Both the position numbers and the translations under genes were made by a program. 64,000 nt of DNA, taken from NCBI GenBank assembly GCA_045807745.1, contig JBJMGT010000015.1:197948-261947 (forward strand), written 5' to 3'. Source of the DNA: Pyrinomonadaceae bacterium. GTDB lineage: Bacteria; Acidobacteriota; Blastocatellia; Pyrinomonadales; Pyrinomonadaceae. The notes beneath the pieces are model-generated. The model ran no database searches, was not told where the DNA came from, and saw nothing but the letters and a program-made list of their open reading frames with translations. Numbering within the stretch: the stretch's first letter is position 1; each line of letters opens with the position of its first letter. Shown in pieces: positions 50,047 through 60,636 of this stretch.

Positions 50047-50162
50047 CTTGATTCCTCTCTCTTGAGGTGGTTCAGTGAAACCAGAGCTATCTGGTTTAAT
50101 TCGCGCCTTATCTGCTTGATAAGACGTAGCTTTGCCATGCTTGAAATAATTTTGCAAGCACA

Positions 50163-52103
50163 ATGAAAGGCAACCCTCACATGGAATTAACTAATACATT
50201 ATTGAGGCAATTAGACGATCCTACCTTGACCTATAATGAGCAAGCGCGCCTGCGCTGCTCTCTGGCAGAGGTTTTAGAGCAAGGGGGGCAGTATGAGGCC
50301 GCACGCGACGCGCTCGGAGAACTGTGGCAAGGCATAGGCCAGCGCCCGAATGTCGAAGAGTTAACAGACATGGTAGCCGCAGAATTAATCTTGCGCGCTG
50401 GCTCATTGTCCGGGTGGCTTGGTAGCATCCGGCAGATTGAAGGAGCACAGGAGACGGCGAAAGATTTAATCAGCGAAGGTATCAGTCGCTTCCACACTTT
50501 AGGTGAACCCATAGGAGCAGCTACCGCGCAGTGTGAGTTAGGCTACTGCTATTGGCGAGAGGGCGCATATGACGAGGCACGCGTGATCTACGCCGATGCT
50601 TTAGAGAAAATACCTGATAACAATAATTCAGACCTCAGAGCAAAAATATTAGTACGTAGTGCAATCGTTGAATCATGCAGTGGCCGGCATAACGATGCGC
50701 TTCGTATTCTGACGGACGCAAAGTCATTATTTGTAGCGAGCGATAATCACTCATTAGTAGGTAAATTCCATAATGATCTCGGCAGTGTGCTTACGATATT
50801 AGGCGAGACTGAGCACCGCCCCGATTACATCGACCAAGCAATTCTTGAATATACGGCCGCAGCATATCATTTTGAGGAAGCAGGGCATACAGGCTACCGC
50901 GCGAGTGCTGAAAACAACTTAGGGTTTTTGCTTTACACCATCGGCCGTTATGAGGACTCCCGCCAGCATCTGCATCACGCGCGACGGTTGTTTGCTAGTG
51001 TGAACGATAGCGGCCGGATCGCACAGGTCGATGATGTGCTCGCGCGTGTATTACTGGCTGAGGGCAAACCGCGGATCGCGGCGAGGGTGATCGGTGCGGC
51101 GGTGCGGGCGCTGTCTAAGGGCGGGGAGCAGGGTTTGCTCGCAGAAGCGCTCACGACGCAGGGGCGCGTGCTGGCGCGGCTCAATGATTCAGCCGCGTCG
51201 CAGGACAAGTTTCGCCAAGCGGCTGATCTGGCGGAGCAGGCGGGCGCGGTCGAGGATGCCGGGCGCGCGCTGCTGGCGCTGATCGAGGAGCATGGGGAAT
51301 GGCTTGCAGAGCCGGAGTTGGTGGCCGCATACGAGCGCGCAGATGAATTGCTCAAAGCGACTCAGGACGCGGAGACTATCGCGCGGCTGCGGGCTTGTGC
51401 CCACCGCTTAGTCGCGGCGCGTCGCGTCGCCCTCCCGGCCGAAGTGAAGCGTAGGCGCGCGGACTTCTGGAGCAATTTCTCCCTGCCCAAACGAGTCCGA
51501 GCTTATGAAGCCAGATACATCCGCCGCGCGCTGCTTGAGGCTGGGGGTAGTGTGAGTCGCGCGGCCCGGCTGCTCGGTTTCAAACATCACGCCTCGTTGG
51601 TGGCTTTATTGCAAAGACGGCACAAGAGTCTAGCACATCTGCGCACGACGCCGGAGAAAAGAAAGCAAAGTATTATCCGCCTGCGCGGCCCGCGGCACAC
51701 GCCTGACGTGCGGGCGAAGCTGCCTCTGCGCGTGCGCGCCATCCTACACGTAGAAGACAATCAGTTAGTGGCCGACTTAGTGCGCGATGTATTTGAACTG
51801 GAAGGTTGGCAGGTCAAGACGTTGGTTGAAGGCACACAAGCTTTGAGCCTGTTGGCCGGTAAAGCGCACTTCGACCTGCTGCTGCTTGATAATGATCTGC
51901 CGGGTCTCGGCGGCCTGGAACTCATACGCGAAGTGCGCCGACTCGCCCATCGCCAGCACGTACCGATTATCATGCTGTCCGCCGATGATGTTAAGGCATT
52001 AGCGGAGCGGGCCGGCGCGGACGTGTTTTTACGTAAGCCCGAAGATATTCCTGTGCTCTGCCAGACCGTCCGCCGTCTATTAGACGCGGCCGGCGATGCT
52101 TAG
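50163..52103 (+). CDS. TPR-repeat / Fis-type HTH / C-terminal receiver-domain regulatory protein
   Basis: ~400 aa of TPR-like helical repeats. Fis-family HTH (RAYEARYIRRALLEAGGSVSRAARLLGF). A C-terminal REC domain (ILHVEDNQLVADLV...LLLLDNDLPGLGG...VPIIMLSADD...FLRKP). The likely start is the second ATG at 50181 (MELTN). Mosaic GC content. Confidence 0.6.
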   Translation: MKGNPHMELTNTLLRQLDDPTLTYNEQARLRCSLAEVLEQGGQYEAARDALGELWQGIGQRPNVEELTDMVAAELILRAGSLSGWLGSIRQIEGAQETAKDLISEGISRFHTLGEPIGAATAQCELGYCYWREGAYDEARVIYADALEKIPDNNNSDLRAKILVRSAIVESCSGRHNDALRILTDAKSLFVASDNHSLVGKFHNDLGSVLTILGETEHRPDYIDQAILEYTAAAYHFEEAGHTGYRASAENNLGFLLYTIGRYEDSRQHLHHARRLFASVNDSGRIAQVDDVLARVLLAEGKPRIAARVIGAAVRALSKGGEQGLLAEALTTQGRVLARLNDSAASQDKFRQAADLAEQAGAVEDAGRALLALIEEHGEWLAEPELVAAYERADELLKATQDAETIARLRACAHRLVAARRVALPAEVKRRRADFWSNFSLPKRVRAYEARYIRRALLEAGGSVSRAARLLGFKHHASLVALLQRRHKSLAHLRTTPEKRKQSIIRLRGPRHTPDVRAKLPLRVRAILHVEDNQLVADLVRDVFELEGWQVKTLVEGTQALSLLAGKAHFDLLLLDNDLPGLGGLELIREVRRLAHRQHVPIIMLSADDVKALAERAGADVFLRKPEDIPVLCQTVRRLLDAAGDA

Positions 52104-52148
52104 CGCCGCACGTTAAACTCGCGTATCTTTGTTAACCTCACGAACCTT

Positions 52149-52694
52149 ATGCCTGAAATTGAGACTGCCCGACTGCATCTGCGGTCATTCACCCCAAACG
52201 ATCTGGACGCGCTTGCACGCCTCTTCGCCGACCCGGAAGTCATGCGGCATCTCGGCGTCGAAAGCGGTAAGACGCTGACGCGGGCGGAGACACAATCCGT
52301 CCTCGACAGATATATCGCGGTCTGGGCTGAGCACGGCTTTGGCATCTGCGCGGTGTTGCACAAAGCTACAAAGCAGTTGATCGGTCTGTGTGGGTTGCGT
52401 CTACGGCAGACGCCGCCGGAGTTGCTCTATGTTCTAAGCAAAGAATGGTGGGGGCAGGGCTTGGCCGTCGAAGCCGCACGGGCCTGTCTCCGTTACAGCT
52501 TTGCAGAACTAAAGCTTGAGCGCATCGTGGCGTTGACCAGACCGGATAACGTCGGGTCGCGCCGCGTACTGGAGAAACTCGGCATGCACAACGAACAGGC
52601 AGTAATGGTCTATGGCGTCGCGGCGGTTAGCTACGAACTGACGCGGGCGAAGTTCCAGCCGAGTGCAGTCGACTATTTGATCAAACGGGATTGA
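52149..52694 (+). CDS. GNAT family N-acetyltransferase (RimJ/RimL-like)
   Basis: 181 aa. HLRSFTPNDLDAL...WWGQGLAVEAARACLRYSFAELKLERIVALTRPDNVGSRRVLEKLGM matches the GNAT acetyl-CoA fold motifs. Confidence 0.7.
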   Translation: MPEIETARLHLRSFTPNDLDALARLFADPEVMRHLGVESGKTLTRAETQSVLDRYIAVWAEHGFGICAVLHKATKQLIGLCGLRLRQTPPELLYVLSKEWWGQGLAVEAARACLRYSFAELKLERIVALTRPDNVGSRRVLEKLGMHNEQAVMVYGVAAVSYELTRAKFQPSAVDYLIKRD

Positions 52695-52731
52695 AGGCCA
52701 CCGCGAAACTTAATCTAAGCTTGCATCATGC

Positions 52732-54627
<1,896 letters not shown>

Positions 54628-54806
54628 AAAAAATTCCCGCGCCAAACAACGCGGGACTTCTGAGCGAATCGAAGTTGACGGACTCTTAAAAGCGCCGAGC
54701 TGTTTAGCTGTTTATTTTACGTGGCCGCAAGTCGCCTTAACTCACCACGTTTTTCATCCGCGCTTATACGCCGCGCGGTATGTCCCTGTCAAGTTTGTAT
54801 CGGGTA
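54628..54806 (-). promoter_or_regulatory. leader of the yitJ-like gene with a near-consensus sigma70 promoter and a terminator-like hairpin abutting the start codon; candidate riboswitch or attenuator
   Basis: On the minus strand: TTGACA (54787-54792), an 18-bp spacer, then TATAAG (54763-54768). The leader contains stem-loops (acgtgg...ccacgt). It ends with GAAGTCCCGCG-ttgtttgg-CGCGGGAATTTTTT immediately before the ATG. Confidence 0.45.
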
Positions 54807-55268
54807 CTACTTGCGCAAGGCGTTAATGACTTCAACCTCCTTGTCTGTCGGCAATCTTCCGACCCAAGCTTTCGTCACCACGCCTTGCGCGTTGACGAGC
54901 AAAAGCGTTGGCGTGCCGCTTATGCCAAGTGCGCCGAGCGAGGCTTGCCTAACATCTTTGATTGGCACGCCTAAGCGACTGAGATAGGCGCGACTGTCGG
55001 CCGCAGCGCCGGGCAAAATGGCGGCCAACTTGGTGTCGCTCTGCGCGCCTGGCTCTTTAATCAACTGTTGATAGAACGGGGCGCTGTCCGAACAGAAATG
55101 ACAGCCATCGCGCAGCATAAGTAAGAGGGTCTGTTTATTCTCCGCCCAATTCATTCCAGCAAGTTGGACGGTCGAGCCGACCGTTAGTCCGGTAGGCCTC
55201 GCTTGTGCAGCTAGAATTTTAGTGAAGTTGGTATATGGTAAAGACCATTTGTTGAGCAAACCATACAT
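54807..55268 (-). CDS. thioredoxin-fold protein with a CxxC motif
   Basis: 153 aa with CHFC and a cis-Pro-type loop GTPTLLLVN. TlpA/DsbA-like. Confidence 0.5.
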   Translation of the reverse strand: MYGLLNKWSLPYTNFTKILAAQARPTGLTVGSTVQLAGMNWAENKQTLLLMLRDGCHFCSDSAPFYQQLIKEPGAQSDTKLAAILPGAAADSRAYLSRLGVPIKDVRQASLGALGISGTPTLLLVNAQGVVTKAWVGRLPTDKEVEVINALRK

Positions 55269-55666
55269 TGCGCTGAATTCATTTCAATTTCCCTTCATTC
55301 AGCTTAATTGGAAAGCTGAATTCTGAACTGAACCACAAGGAAATTGGCGAAACCTTATGAGGATTTCGTCAGCGGAGTTTGCGAGATAGGCTGCTTATAC
55401 GCTCGTCGTATTCTGACGTCAAGACTACCTTTTCGTGCATTGCGGACTTATTCGCAACAGGTACTCTATCAACGCAGAAATCGACGCGCCGCCTTAAGAA
55501 CAATTTAGATGAAACACTTGCCTTACCTTGACAGATACAATCGAATTTTGGCTGAATGCTACCGTTAGTTCACCGAACTCTTCCTAGCACGTCCTGCTGT
55601 TCCATGCTTGCGCGCTTGATGCGCGCGCGCCTGACTGCCGCGCTTAATCTGATTGGAGAAACGATT

Positions 55667-57874
55667 GTGCGTAACTCAAGTCTGCTGTTGAAACTAGCCC
55701 TTGTCCTGCTCGTCATCTGCCCGGCGGCGCTCGCACAGGAGCGTTTGCTGACGATTGAAGACATTTACGATCCTGTGAAGAAGGTTGACTTCAGCGGCAC
55801 GCCCGTCAACCCGCGCTGGCTGAAAGATGGCGTCAACTATCTACAGACCAATCCGCCCAACTCCGGCAAGCCGCGCATACTGAAGGTCAACGCGCTGACG
55901 GGCGCGAGCGTGCCATTTTTTGACGCGGCCAAGATGGAAGCAGCGTTTGCCGCCATGCCGGGTCTGAGCGCGCAGGACGCGAAGCGGCTGGCGAATCAAG
56001 GGGTCTATCAAATGAACCCGGCGCAGACGGCCTTTCTCCTCAATCAAGCTAACGATCTCTTCTATTACGAACTTGCCAGCGATAAGGCTGAGCGTCTAAC
56101 GAACAATAAAGATGAAGAGGTCGGCGAGGCGTTTAGTCCCGACGGGCGGATGGTGAGTTTCGTGCGCGGCGGTAATCTCTTTATCCTTGATCTCGGCAGC
56201 AAAAAAGAGCGCAGGTTGACGAGCGACGGCGGCCCGAAAATGTTCAACGGGCGGCTCGATTGGGTCTATCAGGAAGAGGTCTACGGGCGCGGCAACTTCG
56301 AGGCTTACTGGTGGAGTCCCGATTCGACGCGGCTCGCGTTCCTGCGGCTCGACGAGAACCCTGTGCCGAGTTTCACCGTCGTCGATCACATCCCGCTCCA
56401 TCAAGAGTTGGAAGTGACGCCTTATCCAAAGGCCGGCGATCCGAATCCGCTCGTGCGGCTGGGCGTCGCTAATGTGACAGGGGGCGATGTGCGTTGGGTG
56501 GATACGGCGCAGTACAAGCCGGTTGATCTGCTCATCGTCCGCGTCGGGTGGACGCCGGACGGTAAACACGTGGCCTATCAAGCACAGAATCGTGAGCAGA
56601 CGTTTCTCGATCTGAACTTCGCTGATCCAAACGACGGCAAGTCGCAAAATGTCTTGCATGAAACGTCGAAGGCGTGGGTTGAAGTGACGGACGATAATCC
56701 GCGCTGGCTCAAAGACGGCTCGTTTCTGTGGCTCAGCGACCGCACCGGCTTCAAGCACATCTATCACTACGCGCCCGACGGCAAGCTGCTGCACACGGTC
56801 ACCAACGGGCGCTGGGACGTGCGCTCAATCGACGGCGTGGACGAGGCTAAGGGGCTAATCTATTTCAGCGGCACGGAGCACAGCGCCATCGCCAATCAAG
56901 CTTATCGCGTCAAACTCGACGGCACGGGGCAGACGCGTCTGACGCAAGCCGAGGGCAGTCATCGCCTCAGCTTTAATTCAACGCTGACGCACTTCGTGGA
57001 CTCATGGAGCGACATCAACACGCCGACGCAAGTGCGCCTTAACAACGCAGACGGCACACTCGCGCGTGTGCTCGACGAGAACAAGGTCGCGGCGCTCGGA
57101 GCATACCGACTCGGCCAGACGGAGTTCGTGCAGGTAAAGACGCGCGACGGCTTCACGATGGACGCGATGATGATCAAGCCGCCCGATTTCGATCCGGCGA
57201 AAAAGTATCCGGTCTTCGAGTTCACCTATTCAGGGCCGCAAGCGCCGCAGGTACGCAACGCGTGGGGCGGGCAGACCTACATGTGGCATCAGTTACTCGC
57301 ACAGAAGGGCTACATCATCTGGATTTGCGACAACCGCACGGCGTCGAACAAGGGCGTCGAATCCGCTTGGCCGCTCTACAGCAATTTCGGTGAGTTGGAG
57401 CTGCGCGATCTGGAAGACGGCATTACGTGGCTCAAGAGCCAACCCTACGTGGACGGCACACGCATAGGTCTCTGGGGTTGGAGTTACGGCGGCTTCATGA
57501 CCTCATACGCGCTGACGCACAGCCAGAGTTTTAAGCTGGGCATCGCCGGCGGCACGGTCAGCGACTGGCACGACTACGACTCGATCTACACAGAGCGCTA
57601 CATGCGCACGCCGCAGAACAACCCCGAAGGCTATCGCAAATCTTCGCCGCGCTATGCCGCCAAAGACCTGCACGGCAAGCTGCTCTTAATTCACGGCGCG
57701 ATGGACGATAACGTGCACGTGCAGAACACCATCCAGTTCGCTTATGAGCTACAGAAGGCGGACAAGGAGTTTCAGTTGATGCTTTACCCTAAGTCGCGGC
57801 ACGGTGTCACAGACCCGCTACTCGTCAGACACATGCGCCAGATGATGACCGACTTCGTACTCCAGAATCTTTAA
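55667..57874 (+). CDS. S9B family dipeptidyl-peptidase IV-like serine peptidase (beta-propeller plus prolyl-oligopeptidase domain), secreted
   Basis: GTG start at 55667, preceded by GGAGAAA SD and followed by a signal peptide (LLLKLALVLLVICPAALAQ). A DPP-IV-like N-terminal propeller. Catalytic GWSYGG and downstream Asp/His regions. Confidence 0.8.
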   Translation: MRNSSLLLKLALVLLVICPAALAQERLLTIEDIYDPVKKVDFSGTPVNPRWLKDGVNYLQTNPPNSGKPRILKVNALTGASVPFFDAAKMEAAFAAMPGLSAQDAKRLANQGVYQMNPAQTAFLLNQANDLFYYELASDKAERLTNNKDEEVGEAFSPDGRMVSFVRGGNLFILDLGSKKERRLTSDGGPKMFNGRLDWVYQEEVYGRGNFEAYWWSPDSTRLAFLRLDENPVPSFTVVDHIPLHQELEVTPYPKAGDPNPLVRLGVANVTGGDVRWVDTAQYKPVDLLIVRVGWTPDGKHVAYQAQNREQTFLDLNFADPNDGKSQNVLHETSKAWVEVTDDNPRWLKDGSFLWLSDRTGFKHIYHYAPDGKLLHTVTNGRWDVRSIDGVDEAKGLIYFSGTEHSAIANQAYRVKLDGTGQTRLTQAEGSHRLSFNSTLTHFVDSWSDINTPTQVRLNNADGTLARVLDENKVAALGAYRLGQTEFVQVKTRDGFTMDAMMIKPPDFDPAKKYPVFEFTYSGPQAPQVRNAWGGQTYMWHQLLAQKGYIIWICDNRTASNKGVESAWPLYSNFGELELRDLEDGITWLKSQPYVDGTRIGLWGWSYGGFMTSYALTHSQSFKLGIAGGTVSDWHDYDSIYTERYMRTPQNNPEGYRKSSPRYAAKDLHGKLLLIHGAMDDNVHVQNTIQFAYELQKADKEFQLMLYPKSRHGVTDPLLVRHMRQMMTDFVLQNL

Positions 57875-58036
57875 GCTACAGGAATTAGTAATTGCGTGCC
57901 GCCGGGAGCGCGGGCATCCTGCCCGCCAACGAGCCGTCAGGCGAGTAAAGCTATTCGCGCTGATGCGCTCATGGCGGGCTGTAGGGTGCCCCGCGCTCCC
58001 GGCAATGAGTGGTCTTGAGTTATTTTCTAATGATGG

Positions 58037-58702
58037 CTAAGGGCGCGTGGGCGGAAGCTGACGAGCCAAGTCGCGGAACGCGTTCAGAAGTGTGGCGTCT
58101 AGATTAAAAGTCGTTGCGCCGATTTTGACCGCCACGCTGCGCGCGGCCGTGATGCGCGCGAATGTTTGCGGCGTAACGAATGCGCCGACGGACTCCGCGC
58201 AGTCGCCAGCCTCCGTCTCCTGCTGACCCCACCACACGCCCTCTGCAAACGGCGCGTTCTTATAATAGATGTTCTCCCGCGCGGTCGCTTGATATGCAAG
58301 CGGCAGAGGCTTCTCGTCGAGCAGCAGTGTGAGATCGGGTTTGATCTCGCCGTAAGAATCCGGGGCCTTGCCGAAGCGGCATGTGGCCGCGCGCGAGAAG
58401 AAGGTCAACGACACAAAGTTCGGTTGCGCAGGTGGCTGTCCGGTCAAGGTAAAACTGGCAGCCACGTGCGCCAGCGTCTTTGGCTGCGCCGGAGCCGTGG
58501 CCACGGGCAGCGGCTCAAGCTTGACCAGTGCCGTGCTGACTCCGTCTTCATCACGCGGCGCGGTCGTGATAACCCATGTGGGCTTGGCCGTTGAGCGGGT
58601 GGGCACAGCCGCAGTCCGTGTGCGCCGCCTTTGCGCGCTTGCATTTGGCACATAGACAGACAGCAAGGCCAGACAGAGGATGATGTTGATGCGGGTGCTC
58701 AT
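58037..58702 (-). CDS. hypothetical secreted protein
   Basis: 221 aa with signal peptide MSTRINIILCLALLSVYVPNASA. No recognisable motif. Confidence 0.4.
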   Translation of the reverse strand: MSTRINIILCLALLSVYVPNASAQRRRTRTAAVPTRSTAKPTWVITTAPRDEDGVSTALVKLEPLPVATAPAQPKTLAHVAASFTLTGQPPAQPNFVSLTFFSRAATCRFGKAPDSYGEIKPDLTLLLDEKPLPLAYQATARENIYYKNAPFAEGVWWGQQETEAGDCAESVGAFVTPQTFARITAARSVAVKIGATTFNLDATLLNAFRDLARQLPPTRP

Positions 58703-58900
58703 ATGCTAACTCTCCATTTCGTGGGGGCGGGCTGGTCGAGCTATGAACTCCCCGGGCGCGTTCGTTGGCAACTATCTGGGTCTGCGGTTGCCGGAGCATA
58801 GTGGGCGCGCGAATTCTAGCAAATAAACCCGCACCGTTTCTGAAAATGTTTTGCGAAAATGTCTTGGCTGTGCACCGCGCCGGGCTTAGTGCCGACTTGC

Positions 58901-59734
58901 TCAGCGGCGCTGGCAGCGCGGACAGAAGTAGGTTGAGCGCTTGGCCTGTACGATGCGCCGGATCGCCGCGCCGCAGTTGGCGCATGGCTCGCCCGCGCGA
59001 TCATAGACGCGCCAGCGGCCCTGATAGCCGCCTGCGTAATAGCTGCCGTCGATGTCCTCCGGGTCGACGTTCATCGTCGAGCCATGCGCGATTGCTTCAT
59101 GCAAGACTGTGAGGATGGCGCTGTGCAGGCGCGGCAGGCGGCGTGCGCCGACGCGTGCGGCGACCGTCTGCGGGTGGATGCCCGCAAGGAACATCACCTC
59201 GGCAGCATAGATGTTGCCGAGACCAGTCACCTTCGTCTGATCGAGCAACACCTCTTTCAGCGCCCGGCGCGTGCGCGCAAAGACGGCGCGCAAATAAGCG
59301 GGCGTGAACTCAGCCGAGAAAGGCTCCGGCGCAAGCGTGCGCAACTGTCGCAAGTGCGGCAGTTCAGCCGCGCGCACCAGACGCATCCGCCCGAACCGGC
59401 GCTGATCGGAAAAGATCAAACGCCGCTCGTCGTCCAGATAAAAGATCGCGTGCGTGTGTTTCGGCAGCGGCGCTTCGGGCGGCAGCAACAGAAAGCGCCC
59501 GGTCATACGCAGATGCGTCAATAGAAACAGCCCGCGCTCAAACTCAAACACGATCAGCTTGCCGCGCCGCCCGACCTCTTCAATCCGTCGCCCACGCAAA
59601 GTACGCGCGAACGCACGCGGTGTCGTCCCCGACGCGATGTCCGGTTGCAACAGTCTAGCCGTAATAATGCGCCGTTGGCTCACGAGCCGATTCAATGAAC
59701 GCGCGACGAGTTCGACTTCCGGCAGTTCAGGCAT
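58901..59734 (-). CDS. mutM: formamidopyrimidine-DNA glycosylase (Fpg/Nei family)
   Basis: N-terminal (M)PELPEVE catalytic Pro/Glu. A C-terminal zinc finger CANCGAAIRR...YFCPRCQ. Confidence 0.85.
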   Translation of the reverse strand: MPELPEVELVARSLNRLVSQRRIITARLLQPDIASGTTPRAFARTLRGRRIEEVGRRGKLIVFEFERGLFLLTHLRMTGRFLLLPPEAPLPKHTHAIFYLDDERRLIFSDQRRFGRMRLVRAAELPHLRQLRTLAPEPFSAEFTPAYLRAVFARTRRALKEVLLDQTKVTGLGNIYAAEVMFLAGIHPQTVAARVGARRLPRLHSAILTVLHEAIAHGSTMNVDPEDIDGSYYAGGYQGRWRVYDRAGEPCANCGAAIRRIVQAKRSTYFCPRCQRR

Positions 59735-59741
59735 ACGTGAA

Positions 59742-60620
59742 TCAATGTCGTTGCTCTTTAGCCCATGACCATGCTGCGAGCGACATCTGTGCGATCACGG
59801 CTTCGCGCGTCGCCTCGTCGGCCGGCGAATCAGACACGAAGACGGCAATCGCTAGATGGCGGCCGTCCGGCAAGGTGATTAACCCTACATCGTTGGTCGC
59901 GGCCGTCACGCCCTCAACCGTATTCGATGTGCCGGTCTTATGCGCAACCTGTGTGCCCGCTGGCAACAGACCTTTAAGACGATGCGGGCCCGTTGTAGTC
60001 TCTGTCATGAGTTGCAACAGCAGCTTACGACTCGACGCGGACAGCCCACGCCCCTCTTGCACCGCGTACAACAACTCGACATACGCTTTGGGCGTGCCCC
60101 AATTGCGATACTGCGCACGGTCGTCCTGCGCCATCTTTTGCTCTGTGGTCGCAACGACGATCCCTTGCACATTCAGATCATGCAAATACGTATTGACGCG
60201 CTCTGGCCCGCCCGCCAAGCGCAACAACACGTCGGACGCCGTGCCATCGCTTTGCACCAACATGAAGCGCAGCAACTCGCGCACTGTGAATGACACGTCG
60301 CCCTTTGGATGCTGGTCTCGTATCGGGCTATGGGCGCGTGCCGGCACTAGATCGGCCGGCGTCACGCGCACCGTCTGCGTCAGCTTGAGTGTGCCCTCAT
60401 CCACCTCATGCAGGATGGTCATACCGATGGGGAACTTATAGACGCTCTGCATCGGAAAATGATCGTCGCCGTTAAGATCAACAGCCGCGCCGGTCTCAAG
60501 CAACACGACGGCCGCGCCGACGTGTCCGCGCGCCGGCTGCGCCAACTGCTCGAACTGCCCGCGCAGATCGCTGCCGGCCAAGATTGTTGCCGCGATGAGT
60601 AGAAAGATTTGTTTCAGCAT
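59742..60620 (-). CDS. class A beta-lactamase
   Basis: Signal peptide. SVYKF (SxxK), SDG (SDN-loop variant) and KTG (HKTGTS) motifs in the correct order and spacing. 8 bp downstream of fpg on the same strand. Confidence 0.8.
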   Translation of the reverse strand: MLKQIFLLIAATILAGSDLRGQFEQLAQPARGHVGAAVVLLETGAAVDLNGDDHFPMQSVYKFPIGMTILHEVDEGTLKLTQTVRVTPADLVPARAHSPIRDQHPKGDVSFTVRELLRFMLVQSDGTASDVLLRLAGGPERVNTYLHDLNVQGIVVATTEQKMAQDDRAQYRNWGTPKAYVELLYAVQEGRGLSASSRKLLLQLMTETTTGPHRLKGLLPAGTQVAHKTGTSNTVEGVTAATNDVGLITLPDGRHLAIAVFVSDSPADEATREAVIAQMSLAAWSWAKEQRH

Positions 60621-60636
60621 GATGCAATCAAGGCGC

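Noticed and set aside
49883-50065. Plus-strand ORF with a poly-Gly tract (MFDAPVQIMPLVDGGGGGGG...)
   Set aside because: It is antisense to the poly-Pro tract of the secreted peptide gene. The peptide gene has a signal peptide and an SD, whereas this ORF has neither.
54628-54806. SAM-I (S-box) riboswitch in the yitJ-like leader
   Set aside because: The conserved SAM-I blocks (UCUUAUCAAGAGAGG, GGUGCCAAUUCC) were not found by eye. It is retained only as a generic attenuator or unknown-class riboswitch candidate.
57875-58036. Long-range inverted repeat (CCGGGAGCGCGGGCA ... TGCCCCGCGCTCCCGG, ~75 nt apart) between the S9 peptidase gene and a convergent gene
   Set aside because: It is probably a convergent-terminator or structured 3' UTR region. 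There is no U-tract or further evidence to call a specific element.
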